A stretch of 64,000 nt of DNA from Staphylococcus phage Machias, in the sequence record MW349128.1; one strand, written 5' to 3'. The notes under the pieces are model-generated. The model saw nothing but the letters and a program-made list of their open reading frames with translations, ran no database searches and was not told the origin of the DNA. Below, piece by piece: positions 1 through 10,988 of this stretch. The position numbers were made by a program, and so were the translations under genes. Position 1 is the first letter of the stretch; every line of letters begins with the position of its first letter.

Positions 1-3000
1 GTTACTATAAGTTCATGATATATAGTCCCTCCAGTAGTAGACATCCATCTGAGATGAAGTCTCATACCACTTGTATTGACTCGACATGATAATTTTACTT
101 TAAGATATCTTTGATTGTGAAAATATGTGTATCTATTAACACGAGCAAATGCAGTATTATTTTTTTCAATTAACTGTTTTTTGTCTCTCCCTAAACTGTA
201 TGCTCCCCAGTCTATTCCATATAACCCATTTATGCCTTCGGTAACTATTTTCCTACTATCGTATTGACTGCCAGTCCCTGCAAAGTTCCACGTAACAAAC
301 TGAGGTTCATATGCTTGGACATTGGACTCACCCAAGTCAAGTCCATCAATCATTTTATTTACTCCATCTTTTCTTATAGTTATTCCTTCTGAATTCATTT
401 CAACATAGTTGTCTTTATCTGAAGAAGTTTTAGATATTTGTAATTTATCATCTACAAATGTTAAGTTGCCTTTATCATTGTATATTCTTGCATTATTTGT
501 ATTGATATTTAAATGATTACTTATGATGTCAATTGATTCTGGATTCATAGATATTTTACTTGCCATAGATTCTGTACTAAAAGTATCTAATCTGGATGGT
601 GTCCATTTAGTTAATTTGTCGTTTATTTCTATCTGAGGCAGTCCATAGTAAAATGTAGCATTTGTATTTTTTGGTTGACCTGGTCCTGAGAATCTCATTA
701 AGAATCTGATATAATTAGTTTTACCATTACTAGAAGTAGAAGGTATTTTTCCTTTAAAAGAAACTCTTACCCATTCATCATATTTAAAATCTTTAGGTAA
801 ATATTCATATCTAGCAAACATAGAATTGGAACCCTGAGATTTATTTTCGTAAGTTGCAAATTCAATATAAGGATTACTAACCAAATTATCTAAAGAAGAT
901 GATGGAACATATATATAAACTGAACCAGTGATCGTATCACCAATGTCAAAATCTCCACCTTTACCAATAGACATGTAATTAGACGTAATGGAAGGCCATG
1001 AATCAGTTCCTGTCATAGAAAATTTAAAAACTCTTTTAGAAGATCCATAACTGTAAGGTAAAGAATCTTTTTCGCTTTCTCCTTCTATCATAGTTACATT
1101 TTCAAATAAAGCATTTGCATTAGCATTATCATCTGTACCTGCTTTAGCTGCATAAAGTAAGATTTGGTTAGCATCTCTATTTGCAGTGAATTTGATTATA
1201 TTTCTTTTACTAGAACTTACAGGTGCCTCAAATCTGTCACTATCTGGTGCCATATCCGGTAATTTGGGATTTGATCTACTATGTGGATATATATAAGGGA
1301 ACACACTTACTTCATTAGTTGTATTACTACCGGAAAGTAGAGTATAATCAAATGAAAGTATATACGTTTTACCTTTTTTAATAGGTCTTGTTAAGTAAAA
1401 AGTTGTACGCTTATATGTTCCAGATGAAATATGATCGTCTCTATATCTACCTCCGACAATCATATTATTGTCAGTATTAATCGACATCGTATTAACGTCC
1501 TCTATATTATAGTATCCAGAAGAATACCCACTTATTTCCCATCCTTCCATACCATTACGTAAATCACTGTTAATAAGCATATTATTACTATCAAAATAAC
1601 TTTTCATTTGACTAACAGATAATTCTATAGAATCGGTTTTTTGGTCTATTTTAGATGATACAGTTGAAATAGATGTTTGAACGTCTTCAGGAGATGGAGA
1701 CCAATCAGTAGCTTTATTACCTTTTTCAATTTTAATATTAGATACATAAATAGGAGCAGTGGAATTTGCTTCTCTCGTTAAATAAAAACGCATATAATTA
1801 CATTCATAAGAATTAAATGGAATACTATATCTAACTATATCATTTGTAAGAGATTTATTAAATTCATTATACCCAAAAATAGCAACAAATGGATCAAAAT
1901 CAGTCTTATCATCTTTTAATTTTCTAATTTGAGGATAAATATTTCCTGTATTCGAACCATCTTTATAAGCATCAAAAGATATAATATATTCTGTATTAGG
2001 ATCTGTTTTAAAGGTTTGATTGATCCAATTTTGAGTTCCGTTTGTATTTTGTAAAGGTACAAAAATTCTTCCATTATTTTGAAATTTATTTGTAAAATTA
2101 CCATTCCAAAAAATTGGATTAAAATCACTAGTTCCATTTAATATATTTTTACCACCAACCTCAATTTTACCAATTTCAGTTATAGTGGTTTTCTTAGCTT
2201 CTAATAATATTTGTTCAGGTAATTGATTGATAGATGTAGTTAATGAAATTACGCTATTATCAATATCTTCTGGTGCTAAACCATAACCAGTTAATTTAGA
2301 TCCTTCAACTAAAATAGCATCTTTTATAGTAGCACTTATAGTTCCATTATTTGTAGTTCCTGTTTGAGCTGGATATAAATAGAATTCTGTACTAGCTGCA
2401 GTAGGTATGAATGTATATTCATTTCTATTATTTTCATTATTTTCAAAAGTTAAAACTTTAGATGCTGGTGTATAAGGATAAATTGAGAATTTACCTCCAT
2501 CATCACCTGAATTAACAACCTTAGTAAAAGCAAAAGTATATTCCACATTAGGTTTTAAAGGTTCAGAAAGTTTGTATTGAATACGTCTTGAATTAGTTCC
2601 TCCAACAATATCATTACGAACTCTACTATTTAATAGTAAGTTTCTAGAACCTATTTTAATATTATTAATTTTGCTATCAACATCTTCAGGAGCCGGTGTC
2701 CAATCAGTAGCTTTATTACCTTTTTCAAGTTTAGCATTTATTATACTACCATTAGAATTTAGATTTTCATCAGTGTATCCAGTTCCAAAATAAATAGATA
2801 TTTCATTAGAATTTGCACTTGCGACAAAAGTATATGCATTTCTTATTTTTGTGTCTAATGTTACATTTTTTCTATCGGATGAGTTATTTGTAAATTGTAA
2901 TGAAGTTTTGTTATTGATATTTCCAGAAGTAACATTAATTTCATAAGTTAATGTATAAGTTTCTCCAGCTATTATATTATTACTTAAATTATAAGTAACT

Positions 3001-6000
3001 CTTTTAGAGTTTGTAGAACCATTTATAGGAGCTCTATTTTTAGAATCTAATAATAGGTTTCTAGCACCAACTTGAATATTATTAATATTCTCATTAACTC
3101 TACTTTCGACAGCAGAAACTTGTGATGTTATTTGACCTGGTAACTGTTCAATACTAGAAGTATTAGCAGAAATTTTACCATCCATTTCATCTTGTTTATT
3201 AACAATACTACTAATCTTATCAGTCTCTACTTTTAATTCACTATACTGATTAGTAGTTTTAGTATCTAATTTTGTAATAGAAGATGCATTTAAACTTATA
3301 TCTTTTTCAGTTTGAGTTATACGAGTTTCACTTGCAACTAATCTACTTTCAATATCTTCTGGTGCTGGAGACCAATCAGTTGCTTTATTACCTTTTTCTA
3401 ATTTAGGTTTATTATAAGTTAAAACTAAATCTGTAGCAGAAGTTTTTATTACTATAGGTATATTAGTTATAGCATTTGAATTTATCCATTTAAATGTGTA
3501 ATAAATTCTTTTAAATTCTCCTACATTTAATGAATAAGTATTAACCTTAATTGTATTACTATTAGGATTAATAACTCCTGAACTATTTATTCCAATATCA
3601 ATATCAGTTGATTTATTACTTTTAACATCCATAGAAAAAGTATACCATTCATTAAGAACAATAGGTTCTGAAGTTATATTGTCTGTATTATTTTTTAAAA
3701 ATACATATGAACTTATATAATTACCTGAAGTTGGTGTTATATTCCAACTATTGTCACTATTTTTTACAGGTGTACCTAAACCAACATTATTAGGTTTAAA
3801 AATTATATTTGTTAAACTTTTTAATAGTAAATTTCTACTACCTATCTGAATATTATCAATTTGATCATCTACATCTTCAGGAGCAGGTGTCCAATCTGTG
3901 ACTTTATTACCTTTTTCTAATTTTAAATTTTTAATTTTTATTTTATTACTGTATCTATCTGTAGCTGAAGTTCCATCAGGAGTATATAACCCAGAATAAA
4001 TTATAAATCTATGATCAGTTAATTTAGGACATACAAAAGTTTGACTTACTTTTATTTTATTTCCTATAATTGCTTCTATACTTTGGTAACCCATTACTCT
4101 ATCGGATACAACAGAATCACTATAAAAAATTATACCATGACTTCTACTATTTATCTTATATCCTTTAGTATCTACTTCTAAAATTTCTAAATCATAAGAG
4201 TAAGTGTAAGTTTCTCCTTCAGTTAAAACATTTTTTAAATAATCAACGGTATATAAGTTCGTAGCCCAATAACTTCCTGTAAATTCTCCTGTTGATGTGA
4301 CATCTTTATTTATTGATGTACTGTATTTAGGTTTATATTTTTGGAATAAGTTTCTTCCACCAATTTGAATATTATTGATATTATTATTAACTCTATTCTC
4401 TACAGCAGAAACTTGACTAGTAATTTGATTTGGTAACTGTTCAATACTAGATCGGTTAGCAGAAATTTTACCATCCATTTCATCTTGTTTGATAACAATG
4501 GAAGTGATTTTATCAGTTTCTACTTTTAATTCACTGTATTGGTTAGTAGTTTTGGTATCTAATTGAGATATAGATGAAGCATTCAAAGTAATATCTTTCT
4601 CAGTTTGAGTTATACGAGTTTCATTTTTAGCAAATCTACTTTTATAATCTTCAGGAGAAATATCCCAAGCAGAAGCTACATTACCTTCTTCTAATTGAAT
4701 ATGACCAACATAAGTATCTTTAGTTGTATTATCTGAAGTGAACTGAATTTTAATGAAATTGTTAGTTCTAGAATTAAATTTCAACTCATAACGAGTAGGA
4801 GTTGTTGTCAATGTTTTAGCACTTTCAGTTAAAGTAATTAAATAGTTTTTAGGTGAAACTTCAGTAGTTAGACTTGAAGCTTTCGTAATAGGTGTTTTAA
4901 TTACTGGAGATGCAGCTGCTGAATAAGCATCATAACTTAACACATAATTTGTATTAGGTTTAACTGCTACTATCTGAGATACTTCAGCTAAATTTGTTTT
5001 GGTATTAGCATAAGTAATACCATTATTATCTTTTTTAGTAATACTAGCTAAGAAAGGTAAATCAAATTTTTCAGTTCCAGCAAGCATATTCTTAGTACCA
5101 ATTTTAATTTTACCTGAAATAGCTTCAGTACTTGTCTCAGAAGTTACTCTTTGATCAATTCTACCAATTTCAGCTGTAATATTAGTATTTAGATTTGATA
5201 CAGTTTCATTAACAGAATTTTTGGTAGCATAATCTTTAGAAATATCTTGTTTAATAGAATCAGCTGTAGCAGTAATACTAGCTTGTAAAGTTTGTGTAGT
5301 ATCATCAATAGCCGATTTTCTATCAGTAACTTCTTGAGTAATGGCATCATTTGCTACAGTTAATTTACCCGAAAGATCTGTTATATTTTCACCTTGTTTT
5401 TCAACCTTTTCGGCAGTAATAGAATAACTACTATCAAGTTGTTCTACTTTAGTTGATAAATCACTATAGTTATCTTCAGTTGCTGTTATTCTTTGTACTA
5501 ATGATGTAATTTTATCAGTTTCAATTTTTATTTGACCGATTTGTTTTTCTAATTCTTCTTTATCTACTTTTTGAGCTTCAGAAACTAAGTCAATCTGACC
5601 TGCAATAGTTTCTATTCTTGAAGTAACTTCATTAATAACTTTATCATCAAGATCATTAATCTTTTTAGTTACTTCTTGTCGAATCATATCTACTGTTTGA
5701 CTAACCTCAGAGAAACCTTCGATTACTTGTTTACGGTAATCATCCATTTCTTTTTTAGTCATCATAGTAGCTACTAATTCATTAGTATCAATTACAGTTT
5801 TCTTAACAGATTCTAATCCAGTAACATCATACATTTCTAAATTAGTAACCCAGAATTTAGGTTCATTAGATCCATCTTCAAATTCAACAACATCTGAATC
5901 TTCAGATTGGTTTACTTTAAAGTATAGTGTCATATAGAAAGCACCATATAAGAAACCATTAGTACCTCTAACATTCTCTTTAGTTATTAAACCTTGACGA

Positions 6001-9000
6001 TGATACCAACCATTAAATTCTTCTGGATCGTCATCTTCTTCTGTATTAGGAATATCTTCATCTTTAATTAAAGACCATTCTACATTATTGTCAGTGAATG
6101 TTCCTGAAACTTTAGTTCCAGCAGGGAAACCTCCATCTTCAGAATCATAATTAATTAAATCAAAAGGTCTATTTAAATAGATACAATTATTTTCTCTATC
6201 AATAGCACCAAAATCCCAACCATTCATGAATACATTTCTAGAATAAGTTGATTCTCCGTAATTATAACCATCATTACTCTTGAAGTTCCAAATAACTAAT
6301 GAGTGATTATCATTATAATCTGTTAAATTAGGATTGATATTTTTATTAACAATTCCTGCATTAGATACGTTATAATTATTAGTCATATTCTTAATAGCTT
6401 CTTCTTCATCTACTGGAGTTGAATTAGTTTCAACTGGTTCTTCAGATTCTGACATAGGTAAATCAGGTTCTGTAGTTTTATCTTCTTCAGGTGTATCATC
6501 TGCATATATTACACTATCTTCTTCTTCATCAGGTAATGCGTTAGGATCATCTATAGAAAGAATATCGTCTGCATCGTTAGGTAATACAACTGAACCGTCT
6601 CTATCATAATCATAAGCAGGTGTGTCATCTTCTTCATCTAAAGGTGCAGATTGAAATCTATAAGTGTCATCAAGACCATCAAGACTATTGAAATAAATAA
6701 CTTTATCTCCTTGTCTTAATTCTTGAGCTAATTCAATTACAGGTTTCTCACTACCCATTACATGTTGAGATTCTATTAATTGTCCGTCTTTATCATAACT
6801 TAAATGACCTATAGAAGAAGGAAGAGAATTATTATTTTTCATAAACATAGAAAGTTTGTATGTCTTCTCTGGATTAATCGGTATTAATCTTTCAGAAGAA
6901 GTAGTGGAGTTAAATCCTTCCATTCTAAATGAAGCTGCTGACTGAAAGGCATCTGAATTATCGTAATACATTCCAGGGAAGTTTGATTCATCTCCTTGAT
7001 CTGCATTACCGTTAAAAATTAAATTATCTCCACGAGAATCCATATAGTAATTAAACTCTTTTTGAGAAACTTCTAATTCTTGACCTAAATCTTCTCTAAC
7101 ACTATTAGCTTCAGCCATAGCTTTATCTATATCTTTAGATTTTTGATCTAACTCTTCTTGTTGTTTTTCTAATTCTGTTTTAGTATTTTCTAAATTAGCT
7201 TTAGATTCATTAATTTCATCTTTAGTTTTCTGAATCTGTTCTTGGATAAGGTCAAACATGTCTTGTTTATCTATAGTTCCATCTATTAAACCAGATTCAG
7301 AATTAAGAGGTAAACCTAATACGCTGGATAGATTTTCTTTCAGTTTAGTTAAGTTTTCTTTTAATCCTCTATCAGAATCATTAAGATCATTTTCAATTCT
7401 ATTAACTTTTACTTTCATTAATTCTAAAGAAGTTTTTACTTCATTGATATCCTCAGTTACATTGATATTTCCTGTTAATTTTTGAGTTTTACTATCATAA
7501 GATAATCCTAAAACTCTTCCAATTTCAGAAAATACAGTATCTTTAATACCATGAGAATATTCATTTTGAAGCTTATTCATTTCTAAATTAATAGCTTCAT
7601 TAGATAATTCAATAATATTTTTAGTACTATTAACTACAGAATAGAATCCTACAAAAGATTTATTAATATCTTTCATTAATGATTCATTCTGATCAGCTCT
7701 ATTAAGTTTATTAACTTCGGATTTTATTTTATCAAAATCATTATTAATTTCTTTAATTTTGTCTCTAACTTGAATTTTAATTGCATCTTCTTTAAGATAA
7801 GCAGAATCAAATATGGATTTCAATTGGTTAACAACTTGATCTTTTTGAGATTTAATTAAATTAAAATCAGAAATAATAGCATCAAAGTTAAGCTCTTTAT
7901 TTGATTGTAATACACTTGAACCATCTGTACCACTATTACTATTATTACTGATATCATTAATATAATTTTTAAATGACTCTAATTGTTTATTAACTAAAGA
8001 TTCAACTAATTTAACATCATTACTTTTAGAAGATGTATTGTCTTTAATAAAGATGTTATCATTAGCGTATTTAGTATAATTCTCTAACATTTCAGGTTTA
8101 TAAACTTCATTAGAATCTTTATACTTAGCAAAGAAGTTAAATTTCTCTATATTATAATCGAATAAACTTCTCTCTAATTTATATATTTGGAAACCTGCTG
8201 TTAATTCAGGTTTTATATTTTTATAATTGATGAATATTTGACTTGATATAAATTTATTATAATGACAGTTAGTCCAATTTCTTAATACTAAACCAGTCAT
8301 TTTTAAATCTATAGCATTCAAAGAACTATCGTTAAGGTATTTAGAAGCAATTTCTTCCATTTCATCTCTAGTTTTTCCTTTAACTTCCATAGTGTCAAAT
8401 ATATAATTTTCATCTTTAATAAATCTAGCTTGGTTTAATGAGTCTTTAACAGTAATAGATTCATTATTATCATTATACATGATTAAACCAGTTTTAATAT
8501 TTGATTTGTCTACATTAAATTCAAAACCAGGTATTCTACCAGAAATTTCTTTAGGATTAGATTTTCTTAAATCTTTACCTTTATTAATTATTAAAGTTCT
8601 TTCATTTGTATTAATATCATATTTATGTCTAATAGATAAATCTTTTTCAAATACAATATCTAATAATTTCTTAAATACAGATTTATTATCTTCAGGTAAA
8701 GTGATTTCCTCATCAACAACTAAATCATTATACTCAATACTATATCCTGTATTCAATAATAAAGTACTTAACACTGATTTTAATTGTCCATTTAATTCTT
8801 TATTAGAATTCATAAAGACATTATCTAAATCTTTTACATAAGCAGGAATTAATGAAGATTTTAAACCATTTTCTTCAATACAAACAAACTCAGAATCATT
8901 CTTACTTTCATCTTTAATAATTATATGTGTATTTTCTGAAATGTAGTTTTTACTTTTGAATTCAATATTGATAATTTCAGTTTTTTTACTAAAATCATAT

Positions 9001-9092
9001 ACTAATTTCTCACTAGAGATTACATTTTCAAAAGTTTCTGCAACTAATTTACCTTCAATTCTTTTATGTTCTTTATCTAGAATACTAATCAA
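1..9092 (-). CDS. Giant tail fibre / adhesin-like structural protein, more than 3000 aa; its 3' end lies beyond the window start. Contains coiled-coil segments and five copies of a KLEKGNKATDWTPAPEDV-type module junction.
   Basis: One minus-strand frame stays open from about 9092 (TTG after an AGGA-like SD; the first in-frame ATG is about 80 codons further in) to position 1. All other frames are closed, and the ORF track shows only antisense fragments here, consistent with a truncated giant ORF. Repeated peptide motifs and coiled-coil heptads seen in translation. Confidence 0.55.
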   Translation of the reverse strand, partial: MISILDKEHKRIEGKLVAETFENVISSEKLVYDFSKKTEIINIEFKSKNYISENTHIIIKDESKNDSEFVCIEENGLKSSLIPAYVKDLDNVFMNSNKELNGQLKSVLSTLLLNTGYSIEYNDLVVDEEITLPEDNKSVFKKLLDIVFEKDLSIRHKYDINTNERTLIINKGKDLRKSNPKEISGRIPGFEFNVDKSNIKTGLIMYNDNNESITVKDSLNQARFIKDENYIFDTMEVKGKTRDEMEEIASKYLNDSSLNAIDLKMTGLVLRNWTNCHYNKFISSQIFINYKNIKPELTAGFQIYKLERSLFDYNIEKFNFFAKYKDSNEVYKPEMLENYTKYANDNIFIKDNTSSKSNDVKLVESLVNKQLESFKNYINDISNNSNSGTDGSSVLQSNKELNFDAIISDFNLIKSQKDQVVNQLKSIFDSAYLKEDAIKIQVRDKIKEINNDFDKIKSEVNKLNRADQNESLMKDINKSFVGFYSVVNSTKNIIELSNEAINLEMNKLQNEYSHGIKDTVFSEIGRVLGLSYDSKTQKLTGNINVTEDINEVKTSLELMKVKVNRIENDLNDSDRGLKENLTKLKENLSSVLGLPLNSESGLIDGTIDKQDMFDLIQEQIQKTKDEINESKANLENTKTELEKQQEELDQKSKDIDKAMAEANSVREDLGQELEVSQKEFNYYMDSRGDNLIFNGNADQGDESNFPGMYYDNSDAFQSAASFRMEGFNSTTSSERLIPINPEKTYKLSMFMKNNNSLPSSIGHLSYDKDGQLIESQHVMGSEKPVIELAQELRQGDKVIYFNSLDGLDDTYRFQSAPLDEEDDTPAYDYDRDGSVVLPNDADDILSIDDPNALPDEEEDSVIYADDTPEEDKTTEPDLPMSESEEPVETNSTPVDEEEAIKNMTNNYNVSNAGIVNKNINPNLTDYNDNHSLVIWNFKSNDGYNYGESTYSRNVFMNGWDFGAIDRENNCIYLNRPFDLINYDSEDGGFPAGTKVSGTFTDNNVEWSLIKDEDIPNTEEDDDPEEFNGWYHRQGLITKENVRGTNGFLYGAFYMTLYFKVNQSEDSDVVEFEDGSNEPKFWVTNLEMYDVTGLESVKKTVIDTNELVATMMTKKEMDDYRKQVIEGFSEVSQTVDMIRQEVTKKINDLDDKVINEVTSRIETIAGQIDLVSEAQKVDKEELEKQIGQIKIETDKITSLVQRITATEDNYSDLSTKVEQLDSSYSITAEKVEKQGENITDLSGKLTVANDAITQEVTDRKSAIDDTTQTLQASITATADSIKQDISKDYATKNSVNETVSNLNTNITAEIGRIDQRVTSETSTEAISGKIKIGTKNMLAGTEKFDLPFLASITKKDNNGITYANTKTNLAEVSQIVAVKPNTNYVLSYDAYSAAASPVIKTPITKASSLTTEVSPKNYLITLTESAKTLTTTPTRYELKFNSRTNNFIKIQFTSDNTTKDTYVGHIQLEEGNVASAWDISPEDYKSRFAKNETRITQTEKDITLNASSISQLDTKTTNQYSELKVETDKITSIVIKQDEMDGKISANRSSIEQLPNQITSQVSAVENRVNNNINNIQIGGRNLFQKYKPKYSTSINKDVTSTGEFTGSYWATNLYTVDYLKNVLTEGETYTYSYDLEILEVDTKGYKINSRSHGIIFYSDSVVSDRVMGYQSIEAIIGNKIKVSQTFVCPKLTDHRFIIYSGLYTPDGTSATDRYSNKIKIKNLKLEKGNKVTDWTPAPEDVDDQIDNIQIGSRNLLLKSLTNIIFKPNNVGLGTPVKNSDNSWNITPTSGNYISSYVFLKNNTDNITSEPIVLNEWYTFSMDVKSNKSTDIDIGINSSGVINPNSNTIKVNTYSLNVGEFKRIYYTFKWINSNAITNIPIVIKTSATDLVLTYNKPKLEKGNKATDWSPAPEDIESRLVASETRITQTEKDISLNASSITKLDTKTTNQYSELKVETDKISSIVNKQDEMDGKISANTSSIEQLPGQITSQVSAVESRVNENINNIQVGARNLLLDSKNRAPINGSTNSKRVTYNLSNNIIAGETYTLTYEINVTSGNINNKTSLQFTNNSSDRKNVTLDTKIRNAYTFVASANSNEISIYFGTGYTDENLNSNGSIINAKLEKGNKATDWTPAPEDVDSKINNIKIGSRNLLLNSRVRNDIVGGTNSRRIQYKLSEPLKPNVEYTFAFTKVVNSGDDGGKFSIYPYTPASKVLTFENNENNRNEYTFIPTAASTEFYLYPAQTGTTNNGTISATIKDAILVEGSKLTGYGLAPEDIDNSVISLTTSINQLPEQILLEAKKTTITEIGKIEVGGKNILNGTSDFNPIFWNGNFTNKFQNNGRIFVPLQNTNGTQNWINQTFKTDPNTEYIISFDAYKDGSNTGNIYPQIRKLKDDKTDFDPFVAIFGYNEFNKSLTNDIVRYSIPFNSYECNYMRFYLTREANSTAPIYVSNIKIEKGNKATDWSPSPEDVQTSISTVSSKIDQKTDSIELSVSQMKSYFDSNNMLINSDLRNGMEGWEISGYSSGYYNIEDVNTMSINTDNNMIVGGRYRDDHISSGTYKRTTFYLTRPIKKGKTYILSFDYTLLSGSNTTNEVSVFPYIYPHSRSNPKLPDMAPDSDRFEAPVSSSKRNIIKFTANRDANQILLYAAKAGTDDNANANALFENVTMIEGESEKDSLPYSYGSSKRVFKFSMTGTDSWPSITSNYMSIGKGGDFDIGDTITGSVYIYVPSSSLDNLVSNPYIEFATYENKSQGSNSMFARYEYLPKDFKYDEWVRVSFKGKIPSTSSNGKTNYIRFLMRFSGPGQPKNTNATFYYGLPQIEINDKLTKWTPSRLDTFSTESMASKISMNPESIDIISNHLNINTNNARIYNDKGNLTFVDDKLQISKTSSDKDNYVEMNSEGITIRKDGVNKMIDGLDLGESNVQAYEPQFVTWNFAGTGSQYDSRKIVTEGINGLYGIDWGAYSLGRDKKQLIEKNNTAFARVNRYTYFHNQRYLKVKLSCRVNTSGMRLHLRWMSTTGGTIYHELIV

Positions 9093-9136
9093 ATTTTTTC
9101 ACCATCCTTCCGTCTTATTGATATTAATGTGTTTTA

Positions 9137-9556
9137 TTAATCTTCTAACTGCTCTGCTACACTATCAATAATAATTGCAGTTTCTCCTGATAATTGAGTT
9201 TCCATTCCATCGATAATATTTAATAATATTTCTCTATCTTTTACAGGAATATACGCATATTCAACATCAATAGCAAGTATATCTTCTTTAGCGTTTGGAA
9301 ATTCTTGAATATTAAGAATAATACTATTAGGATCATTAGGATCTTGAATTGAATTTCCTTCACTATCTTTTTTAGAAAATTCATTTATCATTTCTTCTCT
9401 ATCTTTAGCAAACTCTTCATGAGCTTCTTTAATATTATTAATAAATTTAGTACGATGTCTAGATTTATTACCATTTAATGGGATATTAAAAAGAATTTCA
9501 TGTACTTTATTAAGATCTTTATTTTTAATTTTTACTCTTTCAATTGTTTCAGTCAT
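9137..9556 (-). CDS. Hypothetical protein (139 aa) directly upstream of the giant fibre gene; possible fibre-associated or assembly protein
   Basis: Complete ORF on the same strand as the fibre gene with a short gap between them. Confidence 0.45.
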   Translation of the reverse strand: MTETIERVKIKNKDLNKVHEILFNIPLNGNKSRHRTKFINNIKEAHEEFAKDREEMINEFSKKDSEGNSIQDPNDPNSIILNIQEFPNAKEDILAIDVEYAYIPVKDREILLNIIDGMETQLSGETAIIIDSVAEQLED

Positions 9557-9667
9557 TTTTAAATTTCTCCTTCATTTTTAATAATATATAATAAAAGTTA
9601 ATAATGCACTTTAAAAAATTACTCAACATTTTTATTATTATAATGATAATAGAAAGTAGGTAAATAT

Positions 9668-10930
9668 ATGCCTCAATTAGGAGAAAATAGTAATTATTCA
9701 ATGTGTACTGCATCGCCTTCATTATCAAGTGTCATAAGTGGTGTACAGTCATTTATGTGGAATTATTTTAAATCAATGTTCCCTAGCAATTTTTTTGCTT
9801 CAACTTATGTAAGTACAGCTTTGAATTCAAATTCTTTAAAAGATATGAAGAATTTAAAAAAGGGATATCCTCATTTAGCTATGACTACACAATTTGAATT
9901 AGGCGATGGTTTTATGTCTAGTTTACCGATGTGGCATAAAACAGATAGATTTGTAATGAAGAATTTAAAAAGAAATTATAGAATGATATTTGAAGATGAT
10001 ACAAGAGGTATAAGAATATTCATGGTACCTCAAAGATATAAAATAGTATTTAATTATGGTATATTATTGCAAACACAAATGGGTGCTTGGAATACTCTTA
10101 ATCATATTAATCAAACTTTTGAATCTGGTGGATATAATTTTGCAAATGAAATAAGAATACCAACACAATTACCAGAAATATTTATTGTAAATATATGTAA
10201 GAAATTAAATTTAGATATTAATAACAATGAAGATAGACTTAAGTTAAATGATTATATGATGTCTAATGGTTTAGGTCCAATAACTAACAAAAAAAATTTA
10301 GCCAATGGTAAAGAGAAATATACTTACGATTTTACAACTAATATACTTTTAAATTATCCAGATTTAGTTAATTATGAAAATGAAATAAGTAACTTAATAA
10401 ATAAACAGAGTGCAGTTAAATATGCAATATCTGCTGAATTATGGGTACCTGGTAGTTATATATTAGAAATTGAAGAAGACTTTAATATTCAAAGGGAGAT
10501 AGAAAATCCTGGTGAAGATATATTACAATTTGATATTGCTATTTTACAAGATATGATTCCTAAAGAAAATGATAGAGGAATGAAATTATTACTTGAAAGA
10601 AATTTCAATACTGAAATGAATGTTAAATTTGATAGTACTCCAATAGAGTCTATAATGGATAAAGACATAATAAAATCTATTAAAGAAATTAATAAAATTG
10701 GTGGAAATATAGAAAAAATTATTGAATTCAAATTATTCAGAAATAATAAACCTATGGACAAAAGTGAATTTTATATTGACTATGATAATTTCGAATTGAT
10801 TGTTAAAGAACCTCAGTCTAATGTAGTTCATACACTTGTATTATATGCAGATATGAGAAAGATTAATATGATTAATGAATTAATTAATCAAGGAAGAAAA
10901 AAAGATATTCATAAAATGGATATTTTTTAG
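9668..10930 (+). CDS. Hypothetical protein (420 aa)
   Basis: Complete ORF with ATG start at 9668 after an AT-rich leader. Confidence 0.45.
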   Translation: MPQLGENSNYSMCTASPSLSSVISGVQSFMWNYFKSMFPSNFFASTYVSTALNSNSLKDMKNLKKGYPHLAMTTQFELGDGFMSSLPMWHKTDRFVMKNLKRNYRMIFEDDTRGIRIFMVPQRYKIVFNYGILLQTQMGAWNTLNHINQTFESGGYNFANEIRIPTQLPEIFIVNICKKLNLDINNNEDRLKLNDYMMSNGLGPITNKKNLANGKEKYTYDFTTNILLNYPDLVNYENEISNLINKQSAVKYAISAELWVPGSYILEIEEDFNIQREIENPGEDILQFDIAILQDMIPKENDRGMKLLLERNFNTEMNVKFDSTPIESIMDKDIIKSIKEINKIGGNIEKIIEFKLFRNNKPMDKSEFYIDYDNFELIVKEPQSNVVHTLVLYADMRKINMINELINQGRKKDIHKMDIF

Positions 10931-10945
10931 AAAAAAAAAATATTA

Positions 10946-10985
10946 GAGGTAATGATCAAATTAATGATCATTACCTCAATTTTAT
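10946..10985. terminator. Bidirectional rho-independent terminator (GAGGTAATGATC...GATCATTACCTC followed by a T-run) between convergent genes
   Basis: Perfect stem of about 12 bp followed by AATTTTATT. Confidence 0.5.
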
Positions 10986-10988
10986 TAA

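Noticed and set aside
1916-9171. Track ORFs 1916..2137, 7258..7485, 8479..8841, 8956..9171 within the first 9 kb
   Set aside because: All lie antisense to, or out of frame within, the continuous minus-strand giant ORF. They are low-complexity and AT-codon artefacts.
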